The notes: generated by a model not told the origin, from the sequence alone. A DNA stretch of 64,000 bases from an uncultured Candidatus Saccharibacteria bacterium (GCA_964562615.1 CAZLUD010000002.1:89300-153299), one strand, 5' to 3'; shown: positions 35,785-48,600, numbered from the stretch's first letter. Program-made: numbers and translations.

Positions 35785-37899
35785 ATGCTGACATACTATT
35801 TCGTATTATTCTTCCTATTAGCACTTTCTAGTGTCTCGTATCTTATTGCTAAACGATTGCAGGTACCGTATACAGTATTTTTGGTAGTAATAGGAGTGGT
35901 ACTTGGAGCGCTATCTCTTGTTCCAGGATTCGGCTTTTTTACCGAATTTAAGCTCACCCCAGAGTTGCTGTTTTATATCTTCCTTCCGACCCTTATCTTT
36001 GAGTCTGCATATAACATAAACATTAGGCGCGTGATGGAAAACAACACCATCATTTGGCTTTTTGCCATACTCAGTCTAGTGATTAGCGCCGGTGCGATTG
36101 CCTTTTTACTCTCGCTTATATTCCCAGCAATTGGACTAGAGGTGCCATTCATTATATTACTTCTCTTTGGTGCCCTCATCAGTGCCACCGACCCAGTTGC
36201 CGTACTTGCTCTATTTAAAGAATACGGTGCCCCCCGAAGACTCTCACTTATATTTGAAGGAGAATCACTCTTTAATGACGCGACGGCAGTGGCACTGTTC
36301 TTGATCGTCCTTGAAATAGCAATGTTTGGCTACAAGGGAGTAACGTCAATCAGCGAAGGCATGCTCACCTTCTCAACTATGATCGTTGGTGGTATTGCGT
36401 TTGGTTTACTTATGGGAGGGGTGTTTACACGCCTCATCAGCATGACAAAATCAAACGAGATGGTCTCTATTGTGCTAACGGTAGTACTTGCGCACACCAC
36501 ATTCATTTCATCAGAAGCAATTTCTCACTATGCGCATTTTGGTGACTTCCATCTCATTATTTCTTCTATCATCGCTACCACCGTTGCCTCATTGGTTATG
36601 GGCAACTATGGCAGATCTAAAATATCACCTCACGCAGAAGAATTTGTTGAAAAGTTCTGGGGTATTTTTGCGTTCATTGCTAATTCCCTTGTCTTTATCC
36701 TCATTGGTCTTATCTTTGTTGAGCTACCTGCTAACGTACCGTCACTTATTATCCCAATTGGTATCACTATCTTGGTGGTTGCTTTTGCTCGAGCGCTATC
36801 GATTTATCCTGTCGCTGAGGCGTATAATGCATTTGCAAAAGAAGAGAAGAAAGTACCTCGCTCATGGCAGCACCTACTCTCATGGGGGTCACTGCGTGGC
36901 GCGCTTGCAATTACCATGGTGTTGCTTATTCCTTCTGATTTTACTGTTCCTGGTTGGGCGCTTCCTTACTCAGTACAAGAATTTCTTCTTGCGCTTACCG
37001 TTGGTTGTATATTTGCCACCCTCTTTATCAAAGCAACCACCATTAATTACTTCATTAAAAAGCTTGGACTTGATGCCCTTACCGCACTTGAAAAGCTCGA
37101 ATATGCACAAGCTCGTGCGCTTATTCACCGCACAGTACTCGCGCGTCTTGATACCTTTCATGCAAAAGGCTACATAGACGCAAACACGTACACCACTCTC
37201 ACTGAGACACATCGAGGTGACTTTGCTAAATACTGTGCGGATTGTTCAGATACCGACAAGAGCGACCATGCGATCATGGATAGAACGCTCCGTCTTCATG
37301 CGATTGGTATTGAGCGAAAGTATCTAAAGGATCTCTTTGCCTACGACGAAATAACCGAGCCAGTATATAAGCGCATCGCAGGAAAGCTCACCCTACAATT
37401 TGAGGCAATTGAAAAAAATGCCCCTCTTGAAGACCTCTCAAAGTACAAAGATAAGATGGATGTCTTTGAGATAATATCTGATGTATTTCTTAGATTCTTT
37501 GTACCGTGGCGATCTCGAGAGCTTGCCATCGAGGAGCAGTATATGTATTACCGCGCGCAAACTATCATCTCTCGCAAAGTACTTAAAGAACTCGACACCC
37601 TTACTGACGACAAAGAGTCAGAAATGCTACTGTCACTTTCATCTCTTAATGAGGTAAAGAAGATATACGAAACCTTTAAGGATGGCGCAAAGGAAAAAAT
37701 GAGAAACCTTGAGACTGAACACCCAGAAATCATTCACGCGCTCAACACTACCTTAGCAAAAAAGGGTATCGCTAAAGTAGAAGAGCATATTCTTGAAGAG
37801 CTCTCTAGCAAGGAACTTATCACCCCAAAGCTAGTCATAACCATAAAAAATGATCTTGAGCGTGAGGACGCTGAGGCGCATCGCGCGCACGCGGCGTAA
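35785..37899 (+). CDS. CPA1-family Na+/H+ antiporter with a long cytoplasmic C-terminal domain
   Basis: 'FEGESLFNDATAVALF' is the classic CPA1/NhaP motif. There are 12-13 TM helices followed by a ~300-aa soluble tail. Confidence 0.85.
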   Translation: MLTYYFVLFFLLALSSVSYLIAKRLQVPYTVFLVVIGVVLGALSLVPGFGFFTEFKLTPELLFYIFLPTLIFESAYNINIRRVMENNTIIWLFAILSLVISAGAIAFLLSLIFPAIGLEVPFIILLLFGALISATDPVAVLALFKEYGAPRRLSLIFEGESLFNDATAVALFLIVLEIAMFGYKGVTSISEGMLTFSTMIVGGIAFGLLMGGVFTRLISMTKSNEMVSIVLTVVLAHTTFISSEAISHYAHFGDFHLIISSIIATTVASLVMGNYGRSKISPHAEEFVEKFWGIFAFIANSLVFILIGLIFVELPANVPSLIIPIGITILVVAFARALSIYPVAEAYNAFAKEEKKVPRSWQHLLSWGSLRGALAITMVLLIPSDFTVPGWALPYSVQEFLLALTVGCIFATLFIKATTINYFIKKLGLDALTALEKLEYAQARALIHRTVLARLDTFHAKGYIDANTYTTLTETHRGDFAKYCADCSDTDKSDHAIMDRTLRLHAIGIERKYLKDLFAYDEITEPVYKRIAGKLTLQFEAIEKNAPLEDLSKYKDKMDVFEIISDVFLRFFVPWRSRELAIEEQYMYYRAQTIISRKVLKELDTLTDDKESEMLLSLSSLNEVKKIYETFKDGAKEKMRNLETEHPEIIHALNTTLAKKGIAKVEEHILEELSSKELITPKLVITIKNDLEREDAEAHRAHAA

Positions 37900-37919
37900 C
37901 GTATGTTTATACAGTGAGA

Positions 37920-37946
37920 AAAGCCCGCAGCATGCGGGCTTTTCTA
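37920..37946 (+). terminator. Rho-independent terminator
   Basis: AAGCCCGCAGCATGCGGGCTTTTCT. Confidence 0.8.
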
Positions 37947-38170
37947 TTGCTTGACAGGTGGTCAAAAACACTATAAAAGTATTTTATGGATCGAATATAT
38001 CCACAACCATATACAGATTGCCGAGCGAATATGTGGGCGCGAGCTATTTCCTATGCTGGAATGCTCTCTATTACCCTACTATCGCTTTGTTTGGCTGTGG
38101 CTATTCAATCTCTCTCCTATCTATAACGAGCATTGAATCTCTAAAGCTGAACAAATGCCTGTTCAGCTAC

Positions 38171-38746
38171 ATGGAGCTCTTTGATATGACAACCATCAGC
38201 GCTACTCCTTGCGAGCCTCGTATTGTGTTCCTTAGTGGGTCAAAGATAGACCTTGTCATCATAGAAAAACGGGATGCCCGTACACTGACTACGTACATGA
38301 ATGATCCAGAGGTAAATCGGTATCTACTACGATACATGCCTCTCCATGTGCAAGAAGAGGAAACATGGATACAGTCCATGACAGAAAGAAAAAATGGGCT
38401 TGTCCTCGGAATAGTAAGAAAGGAGGAAACCACACTTATTGGCACCACTAGCTTGGGGTGGAAGAAAGACAATAGAGATCGCACCGCAAGCTTTGGGCTT
38501 ATGATTGGCGACAAAAATGCATGGGGTAAGGGGTACGGCACTGAAGCAACCTCACGTATGCTTGCCTACGCATTCAACACCGCAGATCTACGAGGTGTAG
38601 AATTGTGTCTGTACAGCTCAAACACAGCAGCTAAAAAAGTGTATGAGAAGTGTGGGTTTGTTGAAATTGGAAGATTGCGTAACTGGTTATATAGTTCACC
38701 AACTACCTACGACGATGAGGTACTCATGGTGTGTATGCGTCCATAA
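38171..38746 (+). CDS. GNAT-family N-acetyltransferase (RimJ/RimL-like)
   Basis: 'LGIVRKEETTLIGTTSLGW' and 'MIGDKNAWGKGYGTEA' correspond to the acetyl-CoA-binding motif A. The start is taken at the internal MELFDM. Confidence 0.75.
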   Translation: MELFDMTTISATPCEPRIVFLSGSKIDLVIIEKRDARTLTTYMNDPEVNRYLLRYMPLHVQEEETWIQSMTERKNGLVLGIVRKEETTLIGTTSLGWKKDNRDRTASFGLMIGDKNAWGKGYGTEATSRMLAYAFNTADLRGVELCLYSSNTAAKKVYEKCGFVEIGRLRNWLYSSPTTYDDEVLMVCMRP

Positions 38747-38756
38747 TACTGGACGC

Positions 38757-38786
38757 AAAAGGGGGCGCATAGCGCCCCCTTTTGTA
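38757..38786. terminator. Bidirectional terminator
   Basis: AAAGGGGGCGC-ata-GCGCCCCCTTTT between the convergent GNAT gene and rpoD. Confidence 0.8.
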
Positions 38787-38802
38787 TTGCTATATTTGTA
38801 TC

Positions 38803-40107
38803 CTAGTAACTCCTTAATTGCTTTGATCCGTCGTGTGCGCGTATCTTTTCGATTGCCTTTGCCTCAATCTGTCTGATACGCTCACGGGTAACACCGAACT
38901 CTTTACCCACCTCTTCAAGCGTGTGGTAAATACCGTCTTCAAGTCCATGACGCATTTCAAGAATCTTACGTTCCTTAGGAGAGAGGTCATCGAGGATACT
39001 TCGAATTTGCTCCGCTAGAATGTTGTGTGCAGTTTCTTGATCTGGAGACTGTATCTTATCGTCAGCAATAAAGTCACCTAGTACCGATCTATCATCATCA
39101 CCATCCCCTACTGGTGATTCAAGGGACACGGTTGTCTGGTCAATTTTTTCAATGGTATGAATCTTTTCAACTTCAAGTCCCATTTCATCAGCAATCTCTT
39201 CAGGCATAGGGTCCCTTCCCAAGTCTTGAGAGAGACGTCTAAATACCTGCTTGTATTTTGCAATGGTTTCTACCATGTGTACTGGTATACGGATAGTGCG
39301 TGATTGGTCTGCAAGCGCTCTTGTTATAGCTTGTCTAATCCACCATGTTGCATAGGTAGAAAATTTGTATCCCTTTGTGTAGTCAAATTTATCTACTGCC
39401 TTAAAGAGACCAAGGTTTCCCTCTTGAATAAGGTCAAGCAGAGTAAGATCTGCCGATCGTCCAATGTACTTTTTTGCGATAGACACCACAAGACGAAGGT
39501 TGGCTCTTGCGAGAAGATTTTTAGCATCAATGTCACCATCCATCACTCGTTTTGCTAGCTCACGCTCTTCTGAAACATTAAGTAGAGGATACTGTCCAAT
39601 CTCTCTTAGATACATCTGAATAGAGTCGTATGAAGAATCACTTCCTCCTTTGTAGGTATTCTTTTTATCAAGCAGATCATCTGATACTGAATCGTCGAGA
39701 ATATTTCCGCCTTCAAGCACGTCAATGCCTGACGTGCTGAATTTCTCATACAAGGTTTCAAGAAAGACTACATCTTCTTCTATACGAGGAAATACTTGCA
39801 AAATCTGGTCGAAAGTAACGTACCCGCGCTCATTTCCTTTCTCAACCAGCTTTTGCGCCTTTACCTCCATTTCTGCCTCGCTTTTTGATGGCGCACCCTT
39901 TTTCTTTGGAACGACAATATTTTGTATCTCCCGTTTTTGTAGTCCTTTTGTTCGTACTACTGGCTTTGGTGCTGGTTTAGCGGAGGTGTTCTTTTTTACC
40001 ACCTTTGTGGTGACCTTCTTTTTTGGTGCTACTTTTTTTGAAACTGGCTTTTTAGGCATTTTCTTTGCCTTAGTTACTGCTTTTTTTGCGGGTCGTTTTT
40101 GTATCAT
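38803..40107 (-). CDS. rpoD: RNA polymerase sigma factor RpoD (sigma-70) with a lysine-rich N-terminal tail
   Basis: Region 2 '[40 protein letters not shown]', and region 4 '[20 protein letters not shown]'. Confidence 0.9.
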   Translation of the reverse strand: MIQKRPAKKAVTKAKKMPKKPVSKKVAPKKKVTTKVVKKNTSAKPAPKPVVRTKGLQKREIQNIVVPKKKGAPSKSEAEMEVKAQKLVEKGNERGYVTFDQILQVFPRIEEDVVFLETLYEKFSTSGIDVLEGGNILDDSVSDDLLDKKNTYKGGSDSSYDSIQMYLREIGQYPLLNVSEERELAKRVMDGDIDAKNLLARANLRLVVSIAKKYIGRSADLTLLDLIQEGNLGLFKAVDKFDYTKGYKFSTYATWWIRQAITRALADQSRTIRIPVHMVETIAKYKQVFRRLSQDLGRDPMPEEIADEMGLEVEKIHTIEKIDQTTVSLESPVGDGDDDRSVLGDFIADDKIQSPDQETAHNILAEQIRSILDDLSPKERKILEMRHGLEDGIYHTLEEVGKEFGVTRERIRQIEAKAIEKIRAHDGSKQLRSY

Positions 40108-40117
40108 AAAAATGTTA

Positions 40118-41881
40118 TTACTTACGAGTAAGTGACTCTAACTCGGTAAGCTCCTTGGTTAGTTGATGTAGCGTTGATAGTAATGTTGCTTGCTTCTCTT
40201 GATCCCCTTCTTCTTCCGCAAGGCGTAATGCCTTTGATACATCAAAAAATGTATCCTTGATTGTTACTAATCGTAAATCATATACCGCATCTTTGACAAG
40301 CGCCACCTTGTGCATCGTACCTTCTAGCATCATTTCTATCTCAAAAGGAAGTGCTCTATCATCGCTATACCTACTAAGTAATTCTTGCACGGATGTTCCC
40401 TTGAGCGCCATCGTGACATCAGTAGTGAGAGAGTCATACTGTATGTCCTTATCAACCTGTGCTCGAAGTAAGAATCCCGCTACCACCCTCTCAAGTCCAG
40501 CGCGCCGAGTGATAATGTGTACGTCCTTCTCAATTTCAGCACCCTGCGCATCCTCAGTATGCTGATCACTAAATGACTTTTGTTGGCGAATTGTTTCAAC
40601 CTCCTCGTACACCGTATCATTATGCAGACGTGCAAATTCAGACACCTCTCTTGCAATAAGCGACCTGTCCATACTATTGGGCATCGATGCAATAAGCGGA
40701 AGTACCTGTTCTCGTAAATTGCGCACCAACGCTTGTTCATTTTTTGTACCTACTTTTGCATTGTGCATAGCAAACGTAATAAGTGGCACCGCTTCCCTTA
40801 TTGCCTTTCTCCAATCATCAACGTTACCCCGTATCATATCTGCAGGATCAACCCCCATTGGTAGTACGGCAACCTTCACGTCCATTCCTCGTTTAAGCGC
40901 CAATATCCCTGCCTTATGCGTAGAGGCAATACCCGCACTATCCGCATCAAAGGCAAGCACCACCTTTTTAGTCATTCTGCTTACTACATCCATATGCTCA
41001 TTAGTAAGTCCCGTACCAGAAACCGCAACGGCACTCGTATACCCACTTTGATGTGACAGCACAAGATCCATCTGTCCTTCTACTAAAATAGCGAAGTCAT
41101 GCTTTCGCATTGCCTGCTTTGCTTTATCAATACCATACAACAGTGACGACTTGTGATATAACGGCGTCTCTGGACTATTTAGATATTTAGGAGAGAGCCC
41201 ACTTGTATCATTTGGAAAAAGCCTGCCTGAAAACCCCACCACGCGACCCGATACATCCTTTAGTGGAAACATGATCCTTGATCTAAATCGATCATACGGT
41301 GTACCTGTTGGTGATTCGTCCTTTCTCTTAATGAGTCCAACACGTTCTATTTCGTGCGGTTCAAACCCCTCCTTGAGTAGCGCATCATACATGAATGTCC
41401 ATCCTTTCTTTTTAGGATCAGGAGCGTATCCAATACCCCACGCGAGTATGGTTTCTGGAGTACACCCTCGGCTCTCGATATACGCCATAGCGTCAGGCGT
41501 ATGCGTGAGCTCTTGTGCGTAGATGGCAGCTGCACGCTCTAGCACTCGAAAGAGACGCTCTCGTGAATTCTTATCTTCCTTAAGTTCGTTGGTTAGGGTA
41601 ATACCCGCTCTTTCAGCAAGTAATCGAAGTGCTCCTTGAAAATCCACCCTCTCCATCTCTTCGATAAAGGTAAATATGTCTCCTCCTTTATTGGTTGAAA
41701 AGCAATAGTACATACCTTTATCAGGAGACACGTAGAAAGAGGGTGTCTTTTCTTTCTTGAAAGGAGACAATCCTTTGTATGACCTTCCCGCCTTTGTAAG
41801 ACGCACATACGAACCAATGAGTTCGACTATGTCTACCCTGTCTTTTATTTGCTGAACAGCATCAAGCGACATATGTATCAC
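40118..41881 (-). CDS. dnaG: DNA primase DnaG with a degenerate zinc-binding domain
   Basis: Toprim 'VEGQMDLV' and RNA-polymerase-domain motifs. In the zinc-ribbon region '[14 protein letters not shown]...[10 protein letters not shown]', three of the four canonical Cys/His ligands of CPFHxEKTPSF...HCFGCG are replaced. Confidence 0.9.
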   Translation of the reverse strand: MIHMSLDAVQQIKDRVDIVELIGSYVRLTKAGRSYKGLSPFKKEKTPSFYVSPDKGMYYCFSTNKGGDIFTFIEEMERVDFQGALRLLAERAGITLTNELKEDKNSRERLFRVLERAAAIYAQELTHTPDAMAYIESRGCTPETILAWGIGYAPDPKKKGWTFMYDALLKEGFEPHEIERVGLIKRKDESPTGTPYDRFRSRIMFPLKDVSGRVVGFSGRLFPNDTSGLSPKYLNSPETPLYHKSSLLYGIDKAKQAMRKHDFAILVEGQMDLVLSHQSGYTSAVAVSGTGLTNEHMDVVSRMTKKVVLAFDADSAGIASTHKAGILALKRGMDVKVAVLPMGVDPADMIRGNVDDWRKAIREAVPLITFAMHNAKVGTKNEQALVRNLREQVLPLIASMPNSMDRSLIAREVSEFARLHNDTVYEEVETIRQQKSFSDQHTEDAQGAEIEKDVHIITRRAGLERVVAGFLLRAQVDKDIQYDSLTTDVTMALKGTSVQELLSRYSDDRALPFEIEMMLEGTMHKVALVKDAVYDLRLVTIKDTFFDVSKALRLAEEEGDQEKQATLLSTLHQLTKELTELESLTRK

Positions 41882-41923
41882 CCCTCTTAGGGGTACGTGT
41901 TATACAGCGAGGCAAGGAATACA

Positions 41924-44900
41924 TTATTCGGTGATTTCCTTTACCGAATGAGTTACCTCTACATTTTCATCAAACACATCAGTTGAGTCTAAACGAGCCT
42001 GTAGCGATTTAATTGCACCTTGCTTCTTGCTACCAGCAAATCCAGTACCTGCAGGGATGAGGCGTCCAATGATAACGTTTTCTTTAAGACCCTTTAGATC
42101 GTCTTGTGATCCTCTTACTGCTGCGTTAATGAGTATGCGTGGTGTGTGTTGGAATGATGCCGCTGAGAGGAAGCTCTTTCTGGTAAGCGATACTTCGGTG
42201 ATACCAAGCACGAGCGGTTCATATGTTGCTGCTCGTAGTCCCTCTTTCTCGGCTTCGGTGTTAAGTACCTCTATTTCCCAATCTTCAACAATGTCACCAA
42301 CGTTAAGCGCTACATCACCTGCATCTTTAACCTTTACACGAGAGAACATCTGCTTTACCACTACCTCGATATGCTTTCGTGAAATAAACACACCCTGTAG
42401 CTCGTAAATCTTTGTAGTTTCTTGAATGATATATTCTTGTGCGAGCTCTTTGCCTCCGTATTTGTATAGCTCAGAAATATCCGCAGAACCGTCAGTGATA
42501 AGTTGTCCTTTTTTGACCTCATCGCCAACTTTAACCAAGATCATACGCCTAAAGTGTACGCTGTATTCAATTGGCTTTTTGTTTTTGGGAGCGTGTTTGT
42601 CACCGATTTCTGGTGTCACAACAATCACTCGCTCACCTCCTTCATTTTTTATTTCAGTAACAACACCTGCAGTTTTTGATACAGTAGCAGGATTCTTTGG
42701 TGCGCGTCGTTCAAATACCTCTTCCACACGAGGAAGACCTTGGGTGATGTCACCACCAACACTTGATACTCCTCCGGTATGGAAGGTACGCATAGTAAGC
42801 TGTGTACCCGGCTCACCAATAGCTTGCGCTGCAACCGTACCTACCGCTTCTCCAAGATCAATAAGCTCTTGCGTTGTAAGGTCAATACCGTAGCAGTGCT
42901 GACAGACACCATAGAGTGTCTTACAGCTCATTGGTGATCGAACAGTTACCTCAGAAATTCCTGACTCCTCGATTTTTGCTGCATCAACCGTAGTTACCAA
43001 ATGACCACGCTTGTACGTAGTACCATCAGCAAGCGTGAGGTCTGTTGCCAAGAATCTTCCAGAAATACTCTTTGCAAGTGCAATTTCAATTCCTGAAGCT
43101 CCCTTCTTTGAGATGCGCACACCAGTCTTTACTCCACAATCTACCTCTGAAACAATTGCATTTTGTGCGACGTCGAAGAGTTTTCGAGTAAGGTAACCAG
43201 CGGCAGCAGTCTTGAGCGCGGTATCAGCTAGACCCTTTCGCGCACCGTGAGTGGTGGTGAAGTATTCAATAGGAGAAAGTCCTTCTTTCATTGAGGCAAT
43301 AACGGGGAACTCAATAATTTCTCCACTTGTTGACTGCATGAGTCCCTTCATACCTGCCATCTGTGTGATCTGTCCCATAGAACCTCTCGCTCCTGAGACA
43401 ACAAGGTCGTGTACTGATCCGTTTGGATCAAGTGCCCCTGGCATGTGCTTTTCAATTTCTCCCTTTGCATGTTGCCAGATTTCAATAGAGAGACGCTTTC
43501 GCTCTTCTCGCGAGAGAAGACCCTCATTGAATTGACTCATGATAAGTCGTTGCTTTTCAAAGCCTTCATTGATGATGCCTTCCTTTTCTTTTGGTACGAC
43601 AAGATCGTCAACGCTGAAGGTGATACCAGACTTGGTTGCATAGTAAAAGCCGAATGCTTTTATTTTGTCGATAATTTCAGGAATCTTATCAAGTCCGTAC
43701 TTTTCGATTAGCTTATCGGTAAGCTTTGGTAGCATTCCCTTCTTCATTTCTTCGTTCACGTACGGGAAGTCCTTAGGAAGTACGCTATTGAAAAGTAGTC
43801 TTCCTACTGTTGTTTCAAATAGCTTTCCTTCGTACACACTGTATTTTGGCGAATCAGTTGGAAGTACTTTTATCTTTGCTCTAAATCCAACAATGTCGTA
43901 GTCGTATGCGCTGATTGCCTCATTAGGACTTGAGAAGTATTTTCCTTCACCCTTTTCTCCGTTTACATCTTTCGTCATCCAGTATGAACCAAGCACGATG
44001 TCTTTATCGAGTGCAATAACGGGCGCTCCTGATCCTGGCTTGAGAATGTTTTTTCGAGCAGAAATGATATTTGCTGCTTCCCATTGTGCCTCTTCTGAGA
44101 GTGGTACGTGTACCGCCATCTGGTCGCCGTCGAAGTCTGCATTGAATGCAGGACATACCTGTGGGTGAAGACGGATAGCATTTCCTTCAATAAGGATAGG
44201 ACGGAAGGCTTGGATACTTTGTCGGTGCAGGGTAGGTGCGCGGTTAAGTAGTACGTGTTTGTCCTTGATTACATTTTCAAGAATAGCCCACACTTCTGGC
44301 TCACCTTCCTCTATAAGACGACCTGCGCCACGAATGTTGTACGCAAGCTCGCGCTTTAGAAGTTCTGCAATGATAAATGGGCGGAAGAGCTCAAGCGCCA
44401 TATGCTTTGGCAAACCACATTCATCAAGGTGAAGCTCTGGACCTACCACAATTACTGATCGTCCAGAATAGTCAACACGCTTACCAAGAAGGTTTTGTCT
44501 GAAGTATCCTTGCTTTCCTCGTAGATAATCAGAAAGTGATTTTAGTGGGCGGCGCTGTGCGGTGTTTGCAGCAGCCTGCTGTGAACCATGGCGAATAGAG
44601 TTATCAAGCAATGCATCTACTGCTTCTTGCAAAATACGCTTTTCGTTTCGGAGAATAACTTCAGGCGCATGAATATCAATGAGTTTGCGCAAGCGATTAT
44701 TTCTGTTGATTACTCTTCTGTAGAGGTCGTTTACATCGCTTGTTGCGTGACGTCCACCTTCTAGTGGAACCATAGGACGCAAGCCCGGTGGCATAACCGG
44801 AAGTGTCGTAAGAAACATCCATTCAGGACGAATCTTTGCCTTTATCATTGACCTTACAAGAGACAGTCTTTTTTCAATCTTGCTTCGCTCTGCTGCACCG

Positions 44901-45631
44901 GCTGTTTCTCGCTCCTTTTCAAGCTCATCTCGAAGGATTTCAAGATTGATACCTTTAAATATATTATAGATAGCATCAGCACCAATACCCGCCTCAAAAA
45001 CGGTACCAAACTTTACGCTGTAGCGGTGATACATCGCCTCATCAAGCACAAGCCCCGGTCGAAGACTTTCAAGGTCTTGCTTTACCGCGCTAAAGAGATC
45101 CTTTAGTTTTTTCTTTTCTTGTTCTGTTGCAGACTTAACCTTTGTTTTGTATTCAGTATCAATTTCTCTAAGGACTCGGTCTTTTTCTGATGCGTGAATG
45201 TTGGTCACGATATAACCAGCAAAGTACACAACTTTTTCAATTTCAGCAGCAGACGCACCAAGAATCATGGCAACACGAGAAGGAATACTTCTGAGGAACC
45301 AAATGTGCGCTACTGGTGTTGATAGCTCGATGTGTCCCATTCGCTCACGACGAACAATAGATCGAGTAAGCTCGACTCCGCATCTATCGCACACAATACC
45401 CTTGTAGCGAATGCCTTTATACTTTTGGCAGAAACACTCAAAGTCACGCTCTGGTCCGAAGATTTTTTCATCAAACAGACCGTTTTTTTCTGAGCGCTGT
45501 GTTCTATAGTTAATGGTTTCAGGTTTAGTAACCTCTCCAAATGACCATTCACGAATTCTTTCAGGTGAAGCAAGGGTAAGTACTACCTTGTCGAAATCAT
45601 GTGAGTCTATGGTTTTTTTGTCTTGATTCAT
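41924..45631 (-). CDS. rpoC: DNA-directed RNA polymerase subunit beta'
   Basis: 'NADFDGDQMAVH' catalytic motif and zinc-finger Cys near the N-terminus. 1235 aa. Confidence 0.97.
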   Translation of the reverse strand: MNQDKKTIDSHDFDKVVLTLASPERIREWSFGEVTKPETINYRTQRSEKNGLFDEKIFGPERDFECFCQKYKGIRYKGIVCDRCGVELTRSIVRRERMGHIELSTPVAHIWFLRSIPSRVAMILGASAAEIEKVVYFAGYIVTNIHASEKDRVLREIDTEYKTKVKSATEQEKKKLKDLFSAVKQDLESLRPGLVLDEAMYHRYSVKFGTVFEAGIGADAIYNIFKGINLEILRDELEKERETAGAAERSKIEKRLSLVRSMIKAKIRPEWMFLTTLPVMPPGLRPMVPLEGGRHATSDVNDLYRRVINRNNRLRKLIDIHAPEVILRNEKRILQEAVDALLDNSIRHGSQQAAANTAQRRPLKSLSDYLRGKQGYFRQNLLGKRVDYSGRSVIVVGPELHLDECGLPKHMALELFRPFIIAELLKRELAYNIRGAGRLIEEGEPEVWAILENVIKDKHVLLNRAPTLHRQSIQAFRPILIEGNAIRLHPQVCPAFNADFDGDQMAVHVPLSEEAQWEAANIISARKNILKPGSGAPVIALDKDIVLGSYWMTKDVNGEKGEGKYFSSPNEAISAYDYDIVGFRAKIKVLPTDSPKYSVYEGKLFETTVGRLLFNSVLPKDFPYVNEEMKKGMLPKLTDKLIEKYGLDKIPEIIDKIKAFGFYYATKSGITFSVDDLVVPKEKEGIINEGFEKQRLIMSQFNEGLLSREERKRLSIEIWQHAKGEIEKHMPGALDPNGSVHDLVVSGARGSMGQITQMAGMKGLMQSTSGEIIEFPVIASMKEGLSPIEYFTTTHGARKGLADTALKTAAAGYLTRKLFDVAQNAIVSEVDCGVKTGVRISKKGASGIEIALAKSISGRFLATDLTLADGTTYKRGHLVTTVDAAKIEESGISEVTVRSPMSCKTLYGVCQHCYGIDLTTQELIDLGEAVGTVAAQAIGEPGTQLTMRTFHTGGVSSVGGDITQGLPRVEEVFERRAPKNPATVSKTAGVVTEIKNEGGERVIVVTPEIGDKHAPKNKKPIEYSVHFRRMILVKVGDEVKKGQLITDGSADISELYKYGGKELAQEYIIQETTKIYELQGVFISRKHIEVVVKQMFSRVKVKDAGDVALNVGDIVEDWEIEVLNTEAEKEGLRAATYEPLVLGITEVSLTRKSFLSAASFQHTPRILINAAVRGSQDDLKGLKENVIIGRLIPAGTGFAGSKKQGAIKSLQARLDSTDVFDENVEVTHSVKEITE

Positions 45632-45644
45632 AGTAGTGATTCGA

Positions 45645-48600
45645 TTAGTAATTATCCCTTCCTCCCTTTTCTAGGCGCACATCAAGTGCAAGCCCTCGCA
45701 AGTGGTTGAGGAGTACATTAAACGCCGCTGGCGCGTGCTGTTGAGTAATACGCTTTCCTTTAACAATTGCATCAAAGGCTGCTGATCTACCTTGTATGTC
45801 ATCAGATTTAATAGTGAGCATTTCTCTGAGTGTGTATGCTGCGCCATATCCAAGAAGTGCCCATACTTCCATCTCTCCAAATCGCTGTCCTCCCCCCTGT
45901 GCCTTTCCTCCAAGTGGCTGTTGCGTGATAAGCGAGTACGGACCAATAGATCGCATGTGTATCTTATCTTCAACCATGTGGTGGAGTTTAAGAATGTACA
46001 TGTAGCCAACTGAAATAGGTTGGTTGAAGGCTTCGCCAGTGCGTCCATCAAAGAGCGTCATTTTTCCGTCTTCACGGTGTCCCGCCTTAACAAGCTCATC
46101 CTTAATTTCTCGTTCAGTCGCACCGGCAAATGGTGGCACTATTGCTTGGTAGCCAAGTGTATTTGCGGCAAGTCCCAAGTGAAGTTCAAGAATCTGTCCG
46201 ATGTTCATACGGCTTGGTACACCAAGCGGAGTAAGGATGACATCTACTGGCTCGCCATTTTCATCGTATGGCATATCTTCTTCAGGAAGAATGCGTGAGA
46301 TAACACCCTTGTTACCGTGTCTACCAGCAAGCTTGTCACCTACTGAGACGTTTCGTAACTGTGCTACGGTAATGATTACCTTTTTAAGGATTCCTGATTC
46401 AAGCTGATCACCTGCTTCTCGTGAGAATACTTTTACCGAGATAACACGTCCTCTCTTTCCTCCCTCAAGACGTAGTGATGAGTCTTTTACATCTTTAGCT
46501 TTTTCTCCAAAGATAGAACGGAGAAGTCGCTCTTCAGGAGAGAGTTGTGTCTCACCCTTTGGTGTTACCTTTCCTACAAGAATATCACCTGATCGAACTT
46601 CTGCACCAATACGAATGATGCCATCCTCATCGAGATTCTTTAGCTTCATTTCACCCACGTTAGGGATGTCATGAGTGGTTACTTCTGGACCAAGCTTGGT
46701 GTCGCGTACTACACATTCAAAATCTTCAATGTGAATAGTTGAGAACTTACTATCCTTTACGAGTCGTTGTGAGAGGATAATCGCGTCTTCGTAGTTAGCA
46801 CCAGACCAACTAAGGAATGCCACGCGTGCATTTTGTCCAAGCGCCAATTCTCCTTGAACGCTTGATGATGCATCTGCAAGCACTTCACCACGAGCTACCT
46901 TTTGACCAACAGAGACAATAGGTCTTTGGTGGAAGTTAGACATTTCATTTGTCTTGTGGAAGTTAACCAATCTAAATTCGGTAGTCTTACCCTTCGTATC
47001 CTTAAAGACAATGTGTCGTGCATCTACCGCCTCGATAACTCCTTCTGCAGGCGCAATAACAAGTCGTCCTGTATCACGAGCGGCAGTTTCTTCTATACCA
47101 GTTGCAACAAGCGGCGCTTCAGGCACCACACATGGGGTAGCCTGCTTCTGCATGTTTGATCCCATGAGCGCTCTGTTTGAGTCGTCATTTTCGAGGAATG
47201 GGATAAGTGAGGTCGCAACTGAGAACGCTTGGTTAGTTGCTACGTCAATATATTCAACCTGATCTCGTGGCACGAGGTGTGGCTCACCACGGTAACGAAC
47301 TTCAACCATGTCCTCGATGATTCTTTCTTTTTCATCAGTACGAGTAGCGGCATGAGCAATATACTTACCCTCTTCTACGTGCGCATTAAGCAAGTCTACC
47401 TCACCGGTAACTACCCCTTTATGTACTTTTACAAATGGCGTTCTGATGATGCCAAATTCATCAATCTGTGCGTAGTTTGCAAGGTGGAGTATAAGACCAA
47501 TGTTTGGACCTTCTGGGGTATGAATTGGACATACTCGTCCGTAGTGACTTGGATGTACGTCACGAACTTCAAAGCCAGCACGCTCTCGAGTAAGACCACC
47601 CGGACCAAGCGCTGAAAGAATACGCAAGTGCTCAAGCTCATTGAGAATGTTTTGCTGCTGCATAAACTGCGAAAGCTGGTTTGCCGTAAAGAATTCTTTT
47701 ACTGATGCAGCAAATGGTCGTGGGTTAAGGAGTTGTATTGGTTGTGATGTCTCAGGCTCAACGGTACTCATTCTGTCCTGTACATTTCTCTTCATGCGCG
47801 ACATACCAACTCGCATTTTTTGCAACATCATTTCACCAACAAATCGAACTCGTCTAAATCCGAGGTGATCAATGTCGTCTTCTAGTGCGCCGGTGGTGTT
47901 ATTGAGCGTGATGATGTTGCTGATGATAGTCACCATGTCGTCAAGCGAGAGGGTGCGGCGAGCAAGCTCTTTATCATCCATCTTTTTGTTAAAACGCTGA
48001 TTGAAACGATATCGTCCAACAGGTGAAAGGTCGTATCGCTCAGTCGCAAAAATAGACGCAACAAACTCCCGCGCATTATCAGGTGTTGCCGGGTCGCCAT
48101 CTCGTAGCTTCTTGTGTATTTCTATATATGCCTCTACTTCATTTGTTGCAGGATCCTTAGCAAGTGATGCATCAATATATGACTTTGCCTCTGGTTGATG
48201 TGCAAAAAGGTCGTAGATTTCTTTTTCTGTCTTAGCACCAAGCGCTCTAAGCAGTGTTGTGATGGCAAATTTTCTCTTTTTGTCGATTTTTACATAAATC
48301 GCTCCATCAGATTCTGATTCAACCTCTATCCATGCGCCTCGAGATGGAATTATCTTTGCGCCGAAGTTTCTCTTTCCCTTGCTCTCATTGATGGTGAAGA
48401 AAATACCAAATGAACGCGCAAGCTGTGGGACAATAGCGCGTTCGACACCGTTAATGACAAAGGTACCGTGGTCGGTCATCACAGGAAAATCTGCGAGGAA
48501 AATTTCCTGCTCTTTGTCGAGTCCGGTTGTCTTATTCTTCAAAAGCACAGTCGCTCGTAGTGGCGCCTGATAGGTAAGCAAATTTTCTTTTGCGTAAAAT

